64,000 nucleotides of DNA from Vibrio sp. Its GTDB lineage: Bacteria > Pseudomonadota > Gammaproteobacteria > Enterobacterales > Vibrionaceae. Within the stretch, counting starts at the first letter, position 1, and the number at the start of each line of letters is the position of its first letter. The position numbers and the translations under genes were made by a program. Of the stretch, positions 49,848 through 60,965 are shown one piece after another. The notes below the pieces were generated by a model. That model did no database searches. It was not told where the DNA came from and was given only the letters and a program-made list of their open reading frames with translations. The stretch is taken from assembly GCA_052087065.1 (NCBI GenBank), contig JBQGON010000001.1, positions 8,636 to 72,635 on the forward strand, written 5' to 3'.

Positions 49848-51014
49848 TTAACAACTCTCCTTCGCGGTAGTAAATGCTTGCTCTAAGTCGGCGATGAGAT
49901 CGTCAGCCGATTCTAAACCGACAGAGACGCGGAGTAATAACGGCGAAATTCCTGCTGCGGCCAACGCGTCTTCACCCATCGCTCGATGTGTCATTGAGGG
50001 AGGGTGACAGATTAAACTTTCAACCCCACCAAGTGATTCAGCCAGAGAAAATAACTTCAATGAGCTGACAAAAACTTTTAGTTGTTCAAAGGTCGCATTG
50101 ACCTCAAAACTTAACATACTGCCAAAACCGCGTTGCTGCTGCTTTGCAATATCATGCCCTGGATGATTCGGTAAACTCGGATGATAGATGGTCCCGACTA
50201 ACGCCTGCTCACTTAAGTAGTGTAGTAGAGCCGCCGCACTTTCCTCATGCTGGCGCATACGCACGCTTAAGGTACGTAAACCACGCAAGGTTAAATAGCT
50301 ATCAAACGGTGTCCCTGTCGCTCCAATACAGTTGCCCCACCATGCCACTTTTTCGGCCTGTTCTGGTGTGCGGCTAATCAGCACACCCCCGATAACATCA
50401 GAATGCCCATTGATGTATTTGGTGGTTGAATGAATCACAAAATCCGCGCCCAGTGTAAGAGGTTGCTGATAGATTGGTGTCAAAAATGTGTTATCAACGG
50501 CGACTAACGTGCCATGTTGTTTGGCTTGTTTACATACTTTATTGATATCGACCACACGAATGAGAGGGTTGGATGGTGTTTCAATCAGCAGTAATTTAGG
50601 CTGGTGGTCTAGCGCTTCTTGGAGTTGCGATTGATCGCTTTGATCAATGAATGCCACTTTGAAATCGCCTTTTTGCGCGCGCGTATTCAGCAGACGATAG
50701 GTACCGCCATAACAGTCATGCGGTGCAATAATGAGATCATTAGGACCAAGAAAAGCCGTTAGCCATAAGTTGATCGCTGCCGTACCACAGTTAGTAATAG
50801 TGGCGCCAGCCCCCGATTCTAACTCCGCGAGTGCTTCTTCTAATAAGCTTCGGTTCGGGTTCCCTGAACGCGTATAATCATAGGTAGGGACTTCACCGAA
50901 TGAGGGAAAACCATAGTTAGTGGATAAATAAATCGGAGGCACAACGGCATGGTGTTGTGAATCGGATTCGATTCCAGTTCTAACGGCAATGGTATCGGGG
51001 TTATATTGGCTCAT
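49848..51014 (-). CDS. metB: Cystathionine gamma-synthase
   Basis: YTRSGNPNR, PLP site HSTTKYINGHSD, LAESLGGVES; stop abuts the metL start. Confidence 0.95.
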   Translation of the reverse strand: MSQYNPDTIAVRTGIESDSQHHAVVPPIYLSTNYGFPSFGEVPTYDYTRSGNPNRSLLEEALAELESGAGATITNCGTAAINLWLTAFLGPNDLIIAPHDCYGGTYRLLNTRAQKGDFKVAFIDQSDQSQLQEALDHQPKLLLIETPSNPLIRVVDINKVCKQAKQHGTLVAVDNTFLTPIYQQPLTLGADFVIHSTTKYINGHSDVIGGVLISRTPEQAEKVAWWGNCIGATGTPFDSYLTLRGLRTLSVRMRQHEESAAALLHYLSEQALVGTIYHPSLPNHPGHDIAKQQQRGFGSMLSFEVNATFEQLKVFVSSLKLFSLAESLGGVESLICHPPSMTHRAMGEDALAAAGISPLLLRVSVGLESADDLIADLEQAFTTAKESC

Positions 51015-51104
51015 AATGTATCCTTTCTTGAACGCGGAGGGCTGCTGTACCAAACTTATCGCCAAGGCAAATGTTTAGCAACTTACTTTACTTTGAGTTT
51101 TTGT

Positions 51105-51136
51105 GGACGTCAACACATCTAGCCATCTATATGTCT
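51105..51136. promoter_or_regulatory. Four tandem MetJ boxes
   Basis: GGACGTCA ACACATCT AGCCATCT ATATGTCT, each 6/8 to AGACGTCT, in the metB/metJ divergent region. Confidence 0.85.
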
Positions 51137-51212
51137 TTGATTATAGCAGTAAATACCGTTAAAATTACCGGATTGACTATTTATTTTCTGAATGACTGAA
51201 CGAAGGTGCGCA

Positions 51213-51530
51213 ATGGCAGATTGGAGCGGCGACTATATAAGCCCTTATGCGGAACATGGTAAAAAAAGTGAACAGGTAAAAAAAATCACTGTATCGATTC
51301 CACTAAAGGTATTAAAAGTGTTAACGGATGAACGAACTCGTCGCCAGATTAATAATCTACGACATGCCACTAACAGTGAATTATTGTGTGAAGCATTCTT
51401 GCATGCCTATACCGGCCAGCCGTTACCGACCGATGAAGATTTGCGTAAAGATGGGCCTGATGATATTCCTGTTGAAGCAAAAGAAATGATGACGCGCATG
51501 GGGATTGAATTTGAGTCGTTTGACGACTAA
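51213..51530 (+). CDS. metJ: Methionine repressor MetJ
   Basis: [30 protein letters not shown]. Confidence 0.97.
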   Translation: MADWSGDYISPYAEHGKKSEQVKKITVSIPLKVLKVLTDERTRRQINNLRHATNSELLCEAFLHAYTGQPLPTDEDLRKDGPDDIPVEAKEMMTRMGIEFESFDD

Positions 51531-51565
51531 GCCCCGCGTTAGCTATGTAGGAAGATAGGTTAGAC

Positions 51566-51593
51566 AAAAAAGCCCAGCAATGCTGGGCTTTTT
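51566..51593. terminator. Bidirectional terminator between metJ and the malic enzyme gene
   Basis: AAAAAAGCCCAGC-aat-GCTGGGCTTTTT. Confidence 0.85.
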
Positions 51594-51616
51594 GTTTATT
51601 GAGAGTGGTGAATGTG

Positions 51617-52885
51617 CTATTCAGCCATGTAACCTTCAGGAAGGTCAATGCGCGCAACGCCAGATTCAACCGCCGCTTCGGCAACCGCACGAGAGACGCG
51701 AGGAAGCAAACGAGCATCCATTGGTTTTGGAATAATGTAAGCTGGGCCAAACTCAAGCTTGTCGATACCAGCCGCTTTCAATACATTTTCCGGTACACTT
51801 TCTTTCGCTAGTTGACGGATGGCTTCCACTGCAGCCAATTTCATCTCGATGTTGATTTCGCTAGCGCGTACATCTAGAGCGCCGCGGAAGATGAATGGGA
51901 AACACAATACATTGTTCACTTGGTTAGGGTAGTCGCTACGGCCTGTTCCCATAATTAAGTCTTGGCGAGTGTTATGAGCAATTTCAGGGTTGATTTCTGG
52001 ATCTGGGTTAGAGCAGGCAAACACGACAGGTTTGTCTGCCATCAGCGCCAGTTGCTCGCTCGTCAATAGATCTGGGCCTGATACGCCGAGGAATAAGTCA
52101 GCACCAGCAATCACATCGTCGAGTGTGCGTTTGTCTGTGTTGTTGGCAAAACGCTGCTTATACTCGTTGATGTCGTCACGGCGAGTATGAATAACCCCTT
52201 TGCGGTCAAGCATGTAGATTTTCTCACGCATCGCGCCACATTGAATGAGTAGCTCCATACAGGCGGTCGCCGCCGCGCCAGCACCCAGACACACGATGGT
52301 GCATTCTTCGAGATTTTTACCTTGTAGCTCGATCGCGTTTAGCATGCCAGCGGCAGTAACAATCGCCGTACCGTGTTGGTCATCATGAAATACTGGTACG
52401 TCACAACGCTCAATCAACTGGCGTTCAATTTCAAAACAATCGGGCGCTTTGATATCTTCAAGGTTAATTCCCCCAAAGGTATCAGCGATACTGGCAACAG
52501 TATTAATGAATTCTTCTGGTGTGCGATGTTTGACTTCGATATCGATAGAATCTAAACCAGCAAAGCGTTTAAACAACAGTGCTTTGCCTTCCATTACAGG
52601 CTTAGATGCTTGTGGCCCTAAGTTACCTAGACCAAGAATGGCGGTACCGTTTGAAATCACAGCAACGGTATTGCCTTTACCCGTGTACTTATAGATGTTG
52701 TCTGGATTTTGCGCGATTTCACGGACAGGTTCAGCTACACCGGGGCTATAAGCCAATGCTAGATCATGAGCGGAGTCAGCGGGTTTCGTTAGGGAAACGG
52801 CAATTTTGCCAGGGGTTGGATAAGCGTGATATTTCAGAGCTTCTTGGCGAAATGCCTCTTTTATGTTTGCTTGGTTATCAGACAT
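51617..52885 (-). CDS. maeB: Malic enzyme (short form, no phosphotransacetylase domain)
   Basis: LAYSPGVAEP, NLEDIKAPDCF, HDDQHGTA, TGRSDYPNQVNN; 422 aa. Confidence 0.88.
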   Translation of the reverse strand: MSDNQANIKEAFRQEALKYHAYPTPGKIAVSLTKPADSAHDLALAYSPGVAEPVREIAQNPDNIYKYTGKGNTVAVISNGTAILGLGNLGPQASKPVMEGKALLFKRFAGLDSIDIEVKHRTPEEFINTVASIADTFGGINLEDIKAPDCFEIERQLIERCDVPVFHDDQHGTAIVTAAGMLNAIELQGKNLEECTIVCLGAGAAATACMELLIQCGAMREKIYMLDRKGVIHTRRDDINEYKQRFANNTDKRTLDDVIAGADLFLGVSGPDLLTSEQLALMADKPVVFACSNPDPEINPEIAHNTRQDLIMGTGRSDYPNQVNNVLCFPFIFRGALDVRASEINIEMKLAAVEAIRQLAKESVPENVLKAAGIDKLEFGPAYIIPKPMDARLLPRVSRAVAEAAVESGVARIDLPEGYMAE

Positions 52886-53114
52886 TGGATTATCTCTATT
52901 GTTTTTTTAGTAACTAGTAAGGCGGCCATTTTAGAACAGGATGTGATGAGTGCCTAGTTGACGACAGTCAATATCACGAAGTTTTAATGGCTTTAATTGC
53001 TGATAAGACCAGATAGAAGTGGAGCAAAGGTTTGCTTGAATGTCTCAATGCGGTGTGTGATTGAAGCACGTATTGGGGAGAAGAGTATGCAGTATAAGAA
53101 AGGGGGGATGGATC

Positions 53115-53140
53115 AAAAAGGACGCTAAAGAGCGCCCTTT
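53115..53140 (-). terminator. Terminator of rpmE
   Basis: Minus strand AAAGGGCGCT-cttt-AGCGTCCTTTTT. Confidence 0.7.
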
Positions 53141-53168
53141 CACATCAGTATTTACAACGCAAATAAGC

Positions 53169-53384
53169 TTATTTGCTTGTAAGGCTACCGAAACGCTTGT
53201 TGAAGCGATCAACACGACCACCGGTATCAACGATACGTTGCTTACCTGTGTAGAATGGGTGACATTTGTCACACACGTCTAGGTGTAGAGTATCTTTGCT
53301 TAGTGTTGATTTGAAAGTGAAAGTGTTGCCACAAGAGCAGTTCGCGTTCACTTCTGTGTATTCTGGGTGGATACCAGTCTTCAT
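53169..53384 (-). CDS. rpmE: 50S ribosomal protein L31 (Zn-binding C+ form)
   Basis: [13 protein letters not shown]...[13 protein letters not shown]. Confidence 0.97.
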   Translation of the reverse strand: MKTGIHPEYTEVNANCSCGNTFTFKSTLSKDTLHLDVCDKCHPFYTGKQRIVDTGGRVDRFNKRFGSLTSK

Positions 53385-53441
53385 GGGATAACCTCAATAT
53401 TAGGCCGTGTCGCTATCCAAATCTAAGTTGGACACCACACG
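53385..53441 (-). ncRNA. rpmE (bL31) autoregulatory leader
   Basis: Minus strand CGTGTGGTGTCC...GGATAGCGACACGGCC...GAGGTTATCCC-ATG closely resembles the E. coli rpmE leader as recalled. Confidence 0.65.
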
Positions 53442-53690
53442 TAAGTTAATGGTAAAAAAACGTTAAGGTCTTTATAATAAAGGCCAGACCGTTAAGGCGC
53501 GCTATGATAAAGAATCCACGTCTTACGATCAACTGGTTTGTTGTTATTTTAGTCGAATTCTAAAGGATTGGCCGTGGTAGGTTCACTTTCACTTAGTGGA
53601 ATACACTGAGTCATCGACGATTCATTCGAATTTATGCTTTTCATCCAGTAGACTACCTACTAATCACGAGTTCCCCTAACGACAGTATTT

Positions 53691-55895
53691 ATGCTCCCAT
53701 CGATTGCCCGAGTGGCGTTACCCGTCCCTTTAGATAAACAGTTTGATTATATCATTCCAAGTCACCTATTTCCTATTATCGGTGGGCGGGTATCGGTGCC
53801 TTTCGGTCGGCAAACATTAGTCGGCATTGTGACCGCGTTAGTGAGCAAGTCTGATTTTCCCGTTGAGCAACTTAAACCGGTCTACAACGTTTTAGATAGT
53901 CAGCCAGTATGGCCTGAATCCTTATACCAATTATTATTCTGGTGCAGTCAATTTTATCATCACCCACTGGGCGATACTCTTGCCAATGCGATGCCAACCG
54001 CGATTAGGCAAGGTAAAGCCGCGAGCTTTAATCCATATCGCGAATGGTCTTTGACAGAGGAAGGGCGCAATCAGTTTATGGTGGGATTATCATCTCGTGC
54101 GGTTCAACAAAATCGCGCCATGCACCGTTTAGAAAATGGCCCAGTGTCTCACTCCATGCTACTCGATGAAGACATCGCCTCGACCACATTAAAAGCCTTA
54201 GAAAAAAAAGGTTGGGTGACGATGGAAGAGCGCCAGCCTTCGGTCAAACAATGGCCGTCGCAAGTTGAGGCGGATGTAGAGAAACCCACCCTTAATGAAG
54301 AGCAAGCGATCGCTATCGCGGCCGTTAATAGTGACGCAAGCTTTGCTTGCTATCTGTTGCAGGGCGTGACGGGCTCTGGCAAAACCGAAGTTTATCTCAA
54401 TATGATTAAGCCAGTTTTAGCACAAGGCAAGCAAGCGCTGGTGCTGGTCCCCGAAATTGGGTTAACGCCACAAACCATTAATCGTTTCAAACGCCGCTTT
54501 ACTGTGCCTATTGAAGTGATTCATTCCGGGCTCAACGATACTGAGCGATTGAACGCTTGGCTGAGTGCGCGAGATAACGCGGCGGGTATTATCATTGGCA
54601 CCCGCTCTGCGCTGCTGGCTCCGTTTGCGGATTTAGGCATTATCATTGTTGATGAAGAACATGATGCGTCTTATAAGCAGCAAGACAGCTTACGTTATCA
54701 CGCGCGAGATGTCGCGGTGATGCGCGCTGCAAAAGAAAACATTCCCATTGTGTTAGGTTCGGCAACCCCAGCGCTAGAAACCCTACATAATGCGTTGTCG
54801 GGTAAATACCACCATCTGCAACTCACGGAGCGTGCTGGATTATCCACCCCCACGACAAATCATGTGCTCGATGTGAAGGGGCTGTTTTTAGAAAGTGGCT
54901 TATCAGCACCATTGATTGCCCAAATGCGTCGCCACTTACAGGCGGGTAACCAAGTGTTACTGTTCTTAAATCGTCGTGGATTTTCGCCAGCATTAATGTG
55001 TCATGAGTGCGGCTGGATTGCCGATTGCAAACGTTGTGATGCGTATTATACCTATCACCAAAATAGCCGTGAAATGCGCTGCCACCACTGTGGTTCGCAG
55101 CATCCGGTATTGCATCAATGTGGCTCGTGTGGCTCGACGCATTTGGTGACCGTAGGCGTGGGAACTGAGCAATTAGAAACACAGTTGGGTGAGTTATTTC
55201 CCGAATATCAATCGATCCGTATCGATAGAGACAGTACCCGTCGTAAAGGCAGCTTAGAAACGGCGCTGCAAGCCATCCGTAATGGCGAATACCAAATTCT
55301 TATCGGCACCCAAATGCTCGCCAAAGGCCATCACTTTCCTGATGTGACGATGGTGGGGTTATTAGATGTTGATGGTTCGCTGTATAGCAGTGATTTTCGC
55401 GCGGCAGAACGTTTTGCACAGCTTTTTATCCAAGTCTCTGGGCGTGCGGGTCGTTCGAGTAAACCGGGCGAGGTTTTCTTACAGACGCACCATCCGGAAC
55501 ATGCGTTATTGCAAGCCTTGCTGACCAAAGGCTACAACGACTTTGCGCAAACGGCTTTGCAAGAGCGTAAAATGGCCGCGCTACCACCATACAGTTATCT
55601 CACTTTGGTGCGAGCAGAGGCCAATGATTCTCAGCAGGTCGAAGACTTTCTGCGCCAGATGCGACATACCTTTGAAACCCACCCACAATTTAACGAAACC
55701 TGCCTAGTACTCGGGCCGACTCCTGCACCACTTGCCAAGCGAGCAGGGAAATTTCGTTGGCAACTTTTGCTACAGGTAGAATCCCGTTCATTGATGCAAA
55801 AATTACTGCGTAGTGCGAAGCCTGCCATCAATTTATTACCTTTAGCCAAGAAGGTGAGATGGACTTTAGATATTGAACCGCAAGATCTTTCATGA
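53691..55895 (+). CDS. priA: Primosomal protein N'
   Basis: GVTGSGKTEVY, DEEHD, two Cys clusters (CHEC, CKRC, CHHC, CGSC), QVSGRAGR. Confidence 0.97.
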   Translation: MLPSIARVALPVPLDKQFDYIIPSHLFPIIGGRVSVPFGRQTLVGIVTALVSKSDFPVEQLKPVYNVLDSQPVWPESLYQLLFWCSQFYHHPLGDTLANAMPTAIRQGKAASFNPYREWSLTEEGRNQFMVGLSSRAVQQNRAMHRLENGPVSHSMLLDEDIASTTLKALEKKGWVTMEERQPSVKQWPSQVEADVEKPTLNEEQAIAIAAVNSDASFACYLLQGVTGSGKTEVYLNMIKPVLAQGKQALVLVPEIGLTPQTINRFKRRFTVPIEVIHSGLNDTERLNAWLSARDNAAGIIIGTRSALLAPFADLGIIIVDEEHDASYKQQDSLRYHARDVAVMRAAKENIPIVLGSATPALETLHNALSGKYHHLQLTERAGLSTPTTNHVLDVKGLFLESGLSAPLIAQMRRHLQAGNQVLLFLNRRGFSPALMCHECGWIADCKRCDAYYTYHQNSREMRCHHCGSQHPVLHQCGSCGSTHLVTVGVGTEQLETQLGELFPEYQSIRIDRDSTRRKGSLETALQAIRNGEYQILIGTQMLAKGHHFPDVTMVGLLDVDGSLYSSDFRAAERFAQLFIQVSGRAGRSSKPGEVFLQTHHPEHALLQALLTKGYNDFAQTALQERKMAALPPYSYLTLVRAEANDSQQVEDFLRQMRHTFETHPQFNETCLVLGPTPAPLAKRAGKFRWQLLLQVESRSLMQKLLRSAKPAINLLPLAKKVRWTLDIEPQDLS

Positions 55896-55938
55896 AAAAT
55901 CATAAATCTTTGCTAGGCTTAAGAAATACATTTTAATA

Positions 55939-55960
55939 AAGTGTGATTAATGTCACTCTA
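55939..55960. promoter_or_regulatory. CRP site upstream of cytR
   Basis: TGTGA-TTAATG-TCACT (9/10 to TGTGA-N6-TCACA). Confidence 0.7.
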
Positions 55961-56196
55961 CTCATGTATAATTTGTTATGTTAAGCGTTATACAGTTGAA
56001 GTGAAATGCATAAACTGAAGAACACACATTGTGAAGCGCGTATTTGCGCCATGAATTCATTCATCAAATAACAATGGATAGTTTTAGAGTGCATGTGACC
56101 TCAATCTGTTGCAGCCTGTGCTGAGAAACCTTATTGGATGATGAATATGAGTATGTGTGAATTAGCTATCCAGATTTTAACAAGAGGGTTTTTTGT

Positions 56197-57207
56197 ATGG
56201 CGACAATGAAGGATGTTGCCCAGCTTGCCGGTGTTTCAACTGCTACGGTCTCTCGTGCATTGATGAACCCGGAAAAAGTCTCTTCTTCGACGCGTAAGCG
56301 TGTGGAAGAAGCGGTTTTAGAAGCGGGTTACTCTCCCAATTCTCTCGCGAGAAACTTACGCCGAAATGAATCAAAGACGATCGTGGCGATCGTGCCTGAT
56401 ATTTGTGATCCATACTTCTCTGAAATCATTCGTGGAATCGAAGATGCGGCAATGGAGCATGGGTATTTAGTCTTACTTGGTGATAGTGGGCAACAAAAGA
56501 AGCGAGAACATTCATTCGTCAACCTAGTGTTCACGAAGCAGGCGGATGGGATGTTATTGCTCGGTACTGATTTGCCATTTGATGTCAGTAAACCTGAGCA
56601 GAAAAATTTACCACCGATGGTAATGGCATGTGAATTTGCGCCTGAATTAGAATTACCCACGGTTCATATAGACAACTTAACGTCTGCTTTTGAAGCGGTG
56701 AACTATTTAACTCAGATGGGGCATAAGCGTATTGCTGAAATTGCGGGTCCCAAAAGTGCTGCGTTATGTTCGTTTCGCCACCAAGGTTATCAGCAAGCGC
56801 TGCGCCGTGCTGGCTTAACCATGAACGATGAATATTGTATGCATGGTGATTTTTCGTTTGACGCTGGGGCTCATATTGTCACGCAGTTGTTAGCTTTACC
56901 TAAAGCTCCAACAGCGATTTTCTGTCATAACGATATGATGGCCATCGGTGCGATTCAAAAAGCTAAGCGTCTTGGATTGCGTGTCCCTCAGGATTTATCG
57001 GTTGTTGGGTTTGATGATATTCAGTTTGCTCAATTTTGTGATCCACCATTAACGACGATCTCTCAACCACGTTATGAAATCGGTCGTCAGGCAATGCTGA
57101 TGATGTTAGATGTATTGCGTGGCCATGAGGTGCAAGCAGGCTCAAGATTACTTGATGCCTCTTTAGTGGTAAGAGAAAGTACCGCTCCGCCACGCTCTGT
57201 GCAGTGA
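56197..57207 (+). CDS. cytR: LacI-family repressor CytR
   Basis: MATMKDVAQLAGVSTATVSRALMNP; lies between priA and ftsN. Confidence 0.95.
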   Translation: MATMKDVAQLAGVSTATVSRALMNPEKVSSSTRKRVEEAVLEAGYSPNSLARNLRRNESKTIVAIVPDICDPYFSEIIRGIEDAAMEHGYLVLLGDSGQQKKREHSFVNLVFTKQADGMLLLGTDLPFDVSKPEQKNLPPMVMACEFAPELELPTVHIDNLTSAFEAVNYLTQMGHKRIAEIAGPKSAALCSFRHQGYQQALRRAGLTMNDEYCMHGDFSFDAGAHIVTQLLALPKAPTAIFCHNDMMAIGAIQKAKRLGLRVPQDLSVVGFDDIQFAQFCDPPLTTISQPRYEIGRQAMLMMLDVLRGHEVQAGSRLLDASLVVRESTAPPRSVQ

Positions 57208-57324
57208 TTTACGTCGTAAGTTGATGGTCAAATATGTATTTCTGGGTGAGTTTTGGTTTCAATACTGTTCTATCCTAAGAAACTGCTTTACCATGTCTCA
57301 TAAATTGTTAACGCTAGAATTCCT

Positions 57325-57879
57325 GTGGCTAATAAAGATTATGTAAAACGTGGTCGTAGTCAAAACAAGCCGACCAAAAAAAACACGCCAAAGCGTAAGC
57401 CTTGGCGCAGCGGGTTAATTGCCGTCGTCGTCGTGTGCGCCTTTGGGTATGGGTTATCTATCTTAAACTCAGATCCCACACCTGCGCCTGCGCCCAAGGA
57501 AAAATCAGTGGCTAAACCTGTGACGCAAAAAGTGGTCAAAGATGAAAGCAGCTTACCACCACCGCCAACAGAAAAGTGGCATTACGTGGATTCTCTCCCA
57601 AGCCGAGAGATTGAGGTGGTGCCAAAAGAACTGAAAGTCTCTAAAATTCCTTATGTCATGCAGTGCGGTGCATTTAAAACCATGCAACAGGCTCAACAGC
57701 GTAAAGCGAATATTGCATTTCAAGGTTTGAGCAGCATGATTCGCAAACGTGAAAACAGCAGTTGGTATCGAATTGTACTCGGGCCTTATAAATTTAAGCG
57801 CGAAGCCGAGAGCGATCGACATAAGCTGCAAAGGGCAAAAATAGAGCCTTGCATCATCCTCAAAGACAACCAACAGTAA
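57325..57879 (+). CDS. ftsN: Cell division protein FtsN (SPOR domain)
   Basis: MANKDYVKR, single TM segment, LPPPPTEKWHY, QCGAFK...WYRIVLGPY. Confidence 0.9.
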   Translation: MANKDYVKRGRSQNKPTKKNTPKRKPWRSGLIAVVVVCAFGYGLSILNSDPTPAPAPKEKSVAKPVTQKVVKDESSLPPPPTEKWHYVDSLPSREIEVVPKELKVSKIPYVMQCGAFKTMQQAQQRKANIAFQGLSSMIRKRENSSWYRIVLGPYKFKREAESDRHKLQRAKIEPCIILKDNQQ

Positions 57880-57883
57880 TCAA

Positions 57884-57924
57884 ACAATGCAACGTCTTGG
57901 ACTCTTGACGTTGCATTGTCTTTT
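57884..57924 (+). terminator. Hairpin/terminator after ftsN
   Basis: ACAATGCAACGTC-N10-GACGTTGCATTGT-CTTTT. Confidence 0.65.
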
Positions 57925-57929
57925 CTCCC

Positions 57930-57958
57930 CTTGAATTCCTGCATCATGACCCTTATAT
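57930..57958 (+). promoter_or_regulatory. Sigma32 heat-shock promoter of hslVU
   Basis: CTTGAA-N14-CCCTTATAT; hslVU is a known RpoH target. Confidence 0.6.
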
Positions 57959-57998
57959 AAGTTCTAACTCCATAGAGAAAAATATAAGAGGTCCTGAC

Positions 57999-58562
57999 GT
58001 GACTACCATCGTTTCTGTACGCCGTAATAATAAAGTCGTCATCGCAGGTGATGGACAAGTATCACTGGGTAACACCGTGATGAAGGCCAATGCGAAAAAA
58101 ATTCGTCGTTTATATAATAATAAAGTACTGGCGGGTTTCGCCGGTGGTACTGCCGATGCATTTACTCTATTTGAGCGTTTTGAAAGTAAATTGCAAATGC
58201 ATCAAGGTCATTTGACCAAAGCCGCAGTCGAAATGGCGAAAGAGTGGCGTAGTGATCGTGCGCTGCGACGCTTAGAGGCGATTTTGGCGGTAGCTGATGA
58301 AACCGCATCCCTAATTATTACAGGGAATGGCGATGTGCTTCAGCCTGAACATGATCTGATTGCCATTGGCTCAGGGGGTAATTTTGCCCAATCAGCTGCC
58401 ATTGCACTGTTAGAGAATACCGATTTAGACGCACGAACTATCTGCGAGAAGTCGCTTAATATCGCGGGTGATATTTGTGTCTTTACCAACCATAACCATA
58501 CTATCGAAGAACTAGAATATACCGATGATGGCCAGCCGATAGCTGCGCTACCTAACGGGTAA
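57999..58562 (+). CDS. hslV: ATP-dependent protease subunit HslV
   Basis: TTIVSVRR N-terminal Thr protease, [19 protein letters not shown]. Confidence 0.97.
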   Translation: MTTIVSVRRNNKVVIAGDGQVSLGNTVMKANAKKIRRLYNNKVLAGFAGGTADAFTLFERFESKLQMHQGHLTKAAVEMAKEWRSDRALRRLEAILAVADETASLIITGNGDVLQPEHDLIAIGSGGNFAQSAAIALLENTDLDARTICEKSLNIAGDICVFTNHNHTIEELEYTDDGQPIAALPNG

Positions 58563-58607
58563 TAAATAAAAGATAGTGATTTGTCACCGAATAAAAGGAT
58601 TATGTAT

Positions 58608-59942
58608 ATGTCTGAAATGACACCTCGTGAAATTGTTGACGAACTGAACCGTCACATCATTGGCCAAGATACGGCAAAACGCTCAGTCGCTTTAGCGCTG
58701 CGTAACCGCTGGCGCCGTATGCAGCTTGACGAAAGCTTGCGCTCAGAAGTCACGCCAAAAAACATTTTGATGATTGGTCCAACCGGGGTGGGCAAAACTG
58801 AAATTGCCCGTCGTTTAGCAAAACTTGCTAATGCACCATTTATCAAAGTCGAAGCAACTAAGTTCACCGAAGTGGGCTATGTTGGTAAAGAAGTTGATAC
58901 GATTATTCGCGATCTTACTGAAGTCGCGGTGAAAATGACTCGCGAGCAAGAAATGGAGAAAATGAAGTTTCGCGCCGAAGAGTTAGCCGAAGACCGTATT
59001 CTCGATGTTTTGATTCCACCAGCTCGTGACGGTTGGGGACAAGCTGATGAGAAAGAACCGCAAGAGTCTTCAGCACGTCAGGCCTTTCGTAAGAAGCTAC
59101 GCGAAGGCCAATTAGACGATAAAGAAATTGAAATTGATGTGGCGGCACCACAAATGGGTGTTGAGATCATGGCGCCTCCTGGCATGGAAGAAATGACCAA
59201 CCAGTTACAAGGTCTATTCCAGAACATGGGCAATGACACCACGAAAAAACGCAAACTTAAGATTAAAGAAGCGTTTAAAGCATTAACTGAAGAAGAAGCG
59301 GCGAAGCTAGTCAATACAGAAGATCTGAAAGAGCAGGCGATCTTCAACGTGGAAAACCACGGTATTGTCTTCATTGATGAAGTCGATAAGATTTGTAAAA
59401 GCGGCCAAGGCTCTGGACCGGATGTTTCTCGTGAAGGTGTGCAACGTGACTTGCTGCCATTGATTGAAGGCAGCAGCGTAACGACAAAACATGGGATGGT
59501 GCATACCGACCATATTTTGTTTATCACCTCAGGGGCTTTCCAAGTGTCGAAACCATCGGATTTGATTCCTGAACTGCAAGGTCGTTTACCGATTCGTGTG
59601 GAATTGGATGCGCTCTCAAGCAACGATTTCCGTCGTATTCTGACAGAGCCGAAAGCATCTCTGACTGAGCAATACACTGCTCTGATGAAAACGGAGAATG
59701 TTGATGTGACCTTTACCGAAGACGGGATCAAGAAGATTGCTGAAGCGGCATGGCAGGTCAACGAGACCACGGAAAACATTGGCGCACGTCGTCTACATAC
59801 CGTGATGGAACGCTTGATGGATGAGATTTCATTTGCGGCTACTGAAAAACCGGGTGAAAGTTTTGAAATTAGCGGCGAATACGTTACTTCTCGTCTTGGT
59901 GAGTTAATTGAAGATGAAGATTTAAGCCGTTTTATTCTTTAA
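58608..59942 (+). CDS. hslU: ATP-dependent protease ATPase subunit HslU
   Basis: [32 protein letters not shown]. Confidence 0.97.
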   Translation: MSEMTPREIVDELNRHIIGQDTAKRSVALALRNRWRRMQLDESLRSEVTPKNILMIGPTGVGKTEIARRLAKLANAPFIKVEATKFTEVGYVGKEVDTIIRDLTEVAVKMTREQEMEKMKFRAEELAEDRILDVLIPPARDGWGQADEKEPQESSARQAFRKKLREGQLDDKEIEIDVAAPQMGVEIMAPPGMEEMTNQLQGLFQNMGNDTTKKRKLKIKEAFKALTEEEAAKLVNTEDLKEQAIFNVENHGIVFIDEVDKICKSGQGSGPDVSREGVQRDLLPLIEGSSVTTKHGMVHTDHILFITSGAFQVSKPSDLIPELQGRLPIRVELDALSSNDFRRILTEPKASLTEQYTALMKTENVDVTFTEDGIKKIAEAAWQVNETTENIGARRLHTVMERLMDEISFAATEKPGESFEISGEYVTSRLGELIEDEDLSRFIL

Positions 59943-59968
59943 TAAGTTGATCAAAAACAAAGCTTTGG

Positions 59969-59995
59969 AAGCCTGCCGCATCGGCAGGCTTTTTT
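59969..59995 (+). terminator. Terminator of hslVU
   Basis: AAGCCTGCCG-cat-CGGCAGGCTT-TTTT. Confidence 0.85.
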
Positions 59996-60047
59996 ATATT
60001 TAGCGTTCCGCATATACTGGCGGTATGGTAACCAACTTATCGTCCAT

Positions 60048-60965
60048 ATGAATAATTCTCTGCAGATTTGGTTTGAGGCGGCACGACCAAAAACATTGCC
60101 GCTAGCGTTCGTCTCTATTTTAACCGGAAGTGCTTTGGCGTTTTCCACCGGTCATTTTTCATGGCTTGTTTCGTTGCTTGCCTTGTTGACTGCAACATTG
60201 CTACAAATTCTTTCTAACCTTGCCAACGACTATGGCGATGCGGTGAAAGGGACCGATAATGAAAAACGTCTTGGTCCGATGCGCGCGTTGCAATCCGGAG
60301 CGGTCAGTCTTAAGGACATGAAGCATGCGATTTATCTCAATATTGTGCTTACGGTTATCATGGGGTTGTGCTTGTTGCTTTTTGCACTCAGTAGTGTGCA
60401 GAGCATTCTCGTTTTTATCGGGTTAGGGCTGTTGGCTATGGCCGCCGCAATTGCGTATACCGTGGGTAATAAACCGTATGGTTATGTCGGCTTAGGCGAT
60501 CTCTCGGTCTTTACCTTTTTTGGACTTTTAGGTGTATCGGGTACGTATTTCTTACATACCGGTACCATTGATACCTCGTTGCTTCTACCCTCATTAGGGT
60601 GTGGCTTTCTTGCCGTCGCAGTATTGAACGTGAATAACATGCGCGATATTGAGAATGATGAGCAGTGCGGTAAATTGACGATGGCGGTGCGCTTAGGACA
60701 AGAAATGGCTAAGCGCTATCATTACCTATTATTGTTCGGCTCAGTCGTTGCTTTCAGTGGTTACTTACTGATGCAAGGCAAACCGCTATGGATCAGCGTG
60801 CCATTTTTATTAAGTCTGATTTCCGTTGTTAAGCACAGTCGTGAGCTATGGTTTACTCGTCAGCCCGCTGAGATTGCTCCGATGTTACCTGTGATTGTCA
60901 AATGTTCGATTATTACTAACTTATTGTTTGTTACTATCGTCATTGTGCAAACTCTGACAAGTTAA
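60048..60965 (+). CDS. menA: 1,4-dihydroxy-2-naphthoate polyprenyltransferase
   Basis: ARPKTLPLA, NLANDYGDAVKGTD, NNMRDIENDE. Confidence 0.95.
   Translation: MNNSLQIWFEAARPKTLPLAFVSILTGSALAFSTGHFSWLVSLLALLTATLLQILSNLANDYGDAVKGTDNEKRLGPMRALQSGAVSLKDMKHAIYLNIVLTVIMGLCLLLFALSSVQSILVFIGLGLLAMAAAIAYTVGNKPYGYVGLGDLSVFTFFGLLGVSGTYFLHTGTIDTSLLLPSLGCGFLAVAVLNVNNMRDIENDEQCGKLTMAVRLGQEMAKRYHYLLLFGSVVAFSGYLLMQGKPLWISVPFLLSLISVVKHSRELWFTRQPAEIAPMLPVIVKCSIITNLLFVTIVIVQTLTS

Noticed and set aside
53022-53037. PurR-like palindrome GAGCAAAGGTTTGCTT upstream of the malic enzyme gene
   Set aside because: The central CG required by PurR is GG here, and the gene is not a purine-pathway target
59078-59779. 233-aa antisense ORF over hslU
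   Set aside because: Fully antisense to a highly conserved gene; Ser/Ile-rich shadow composition; no RBS or motif
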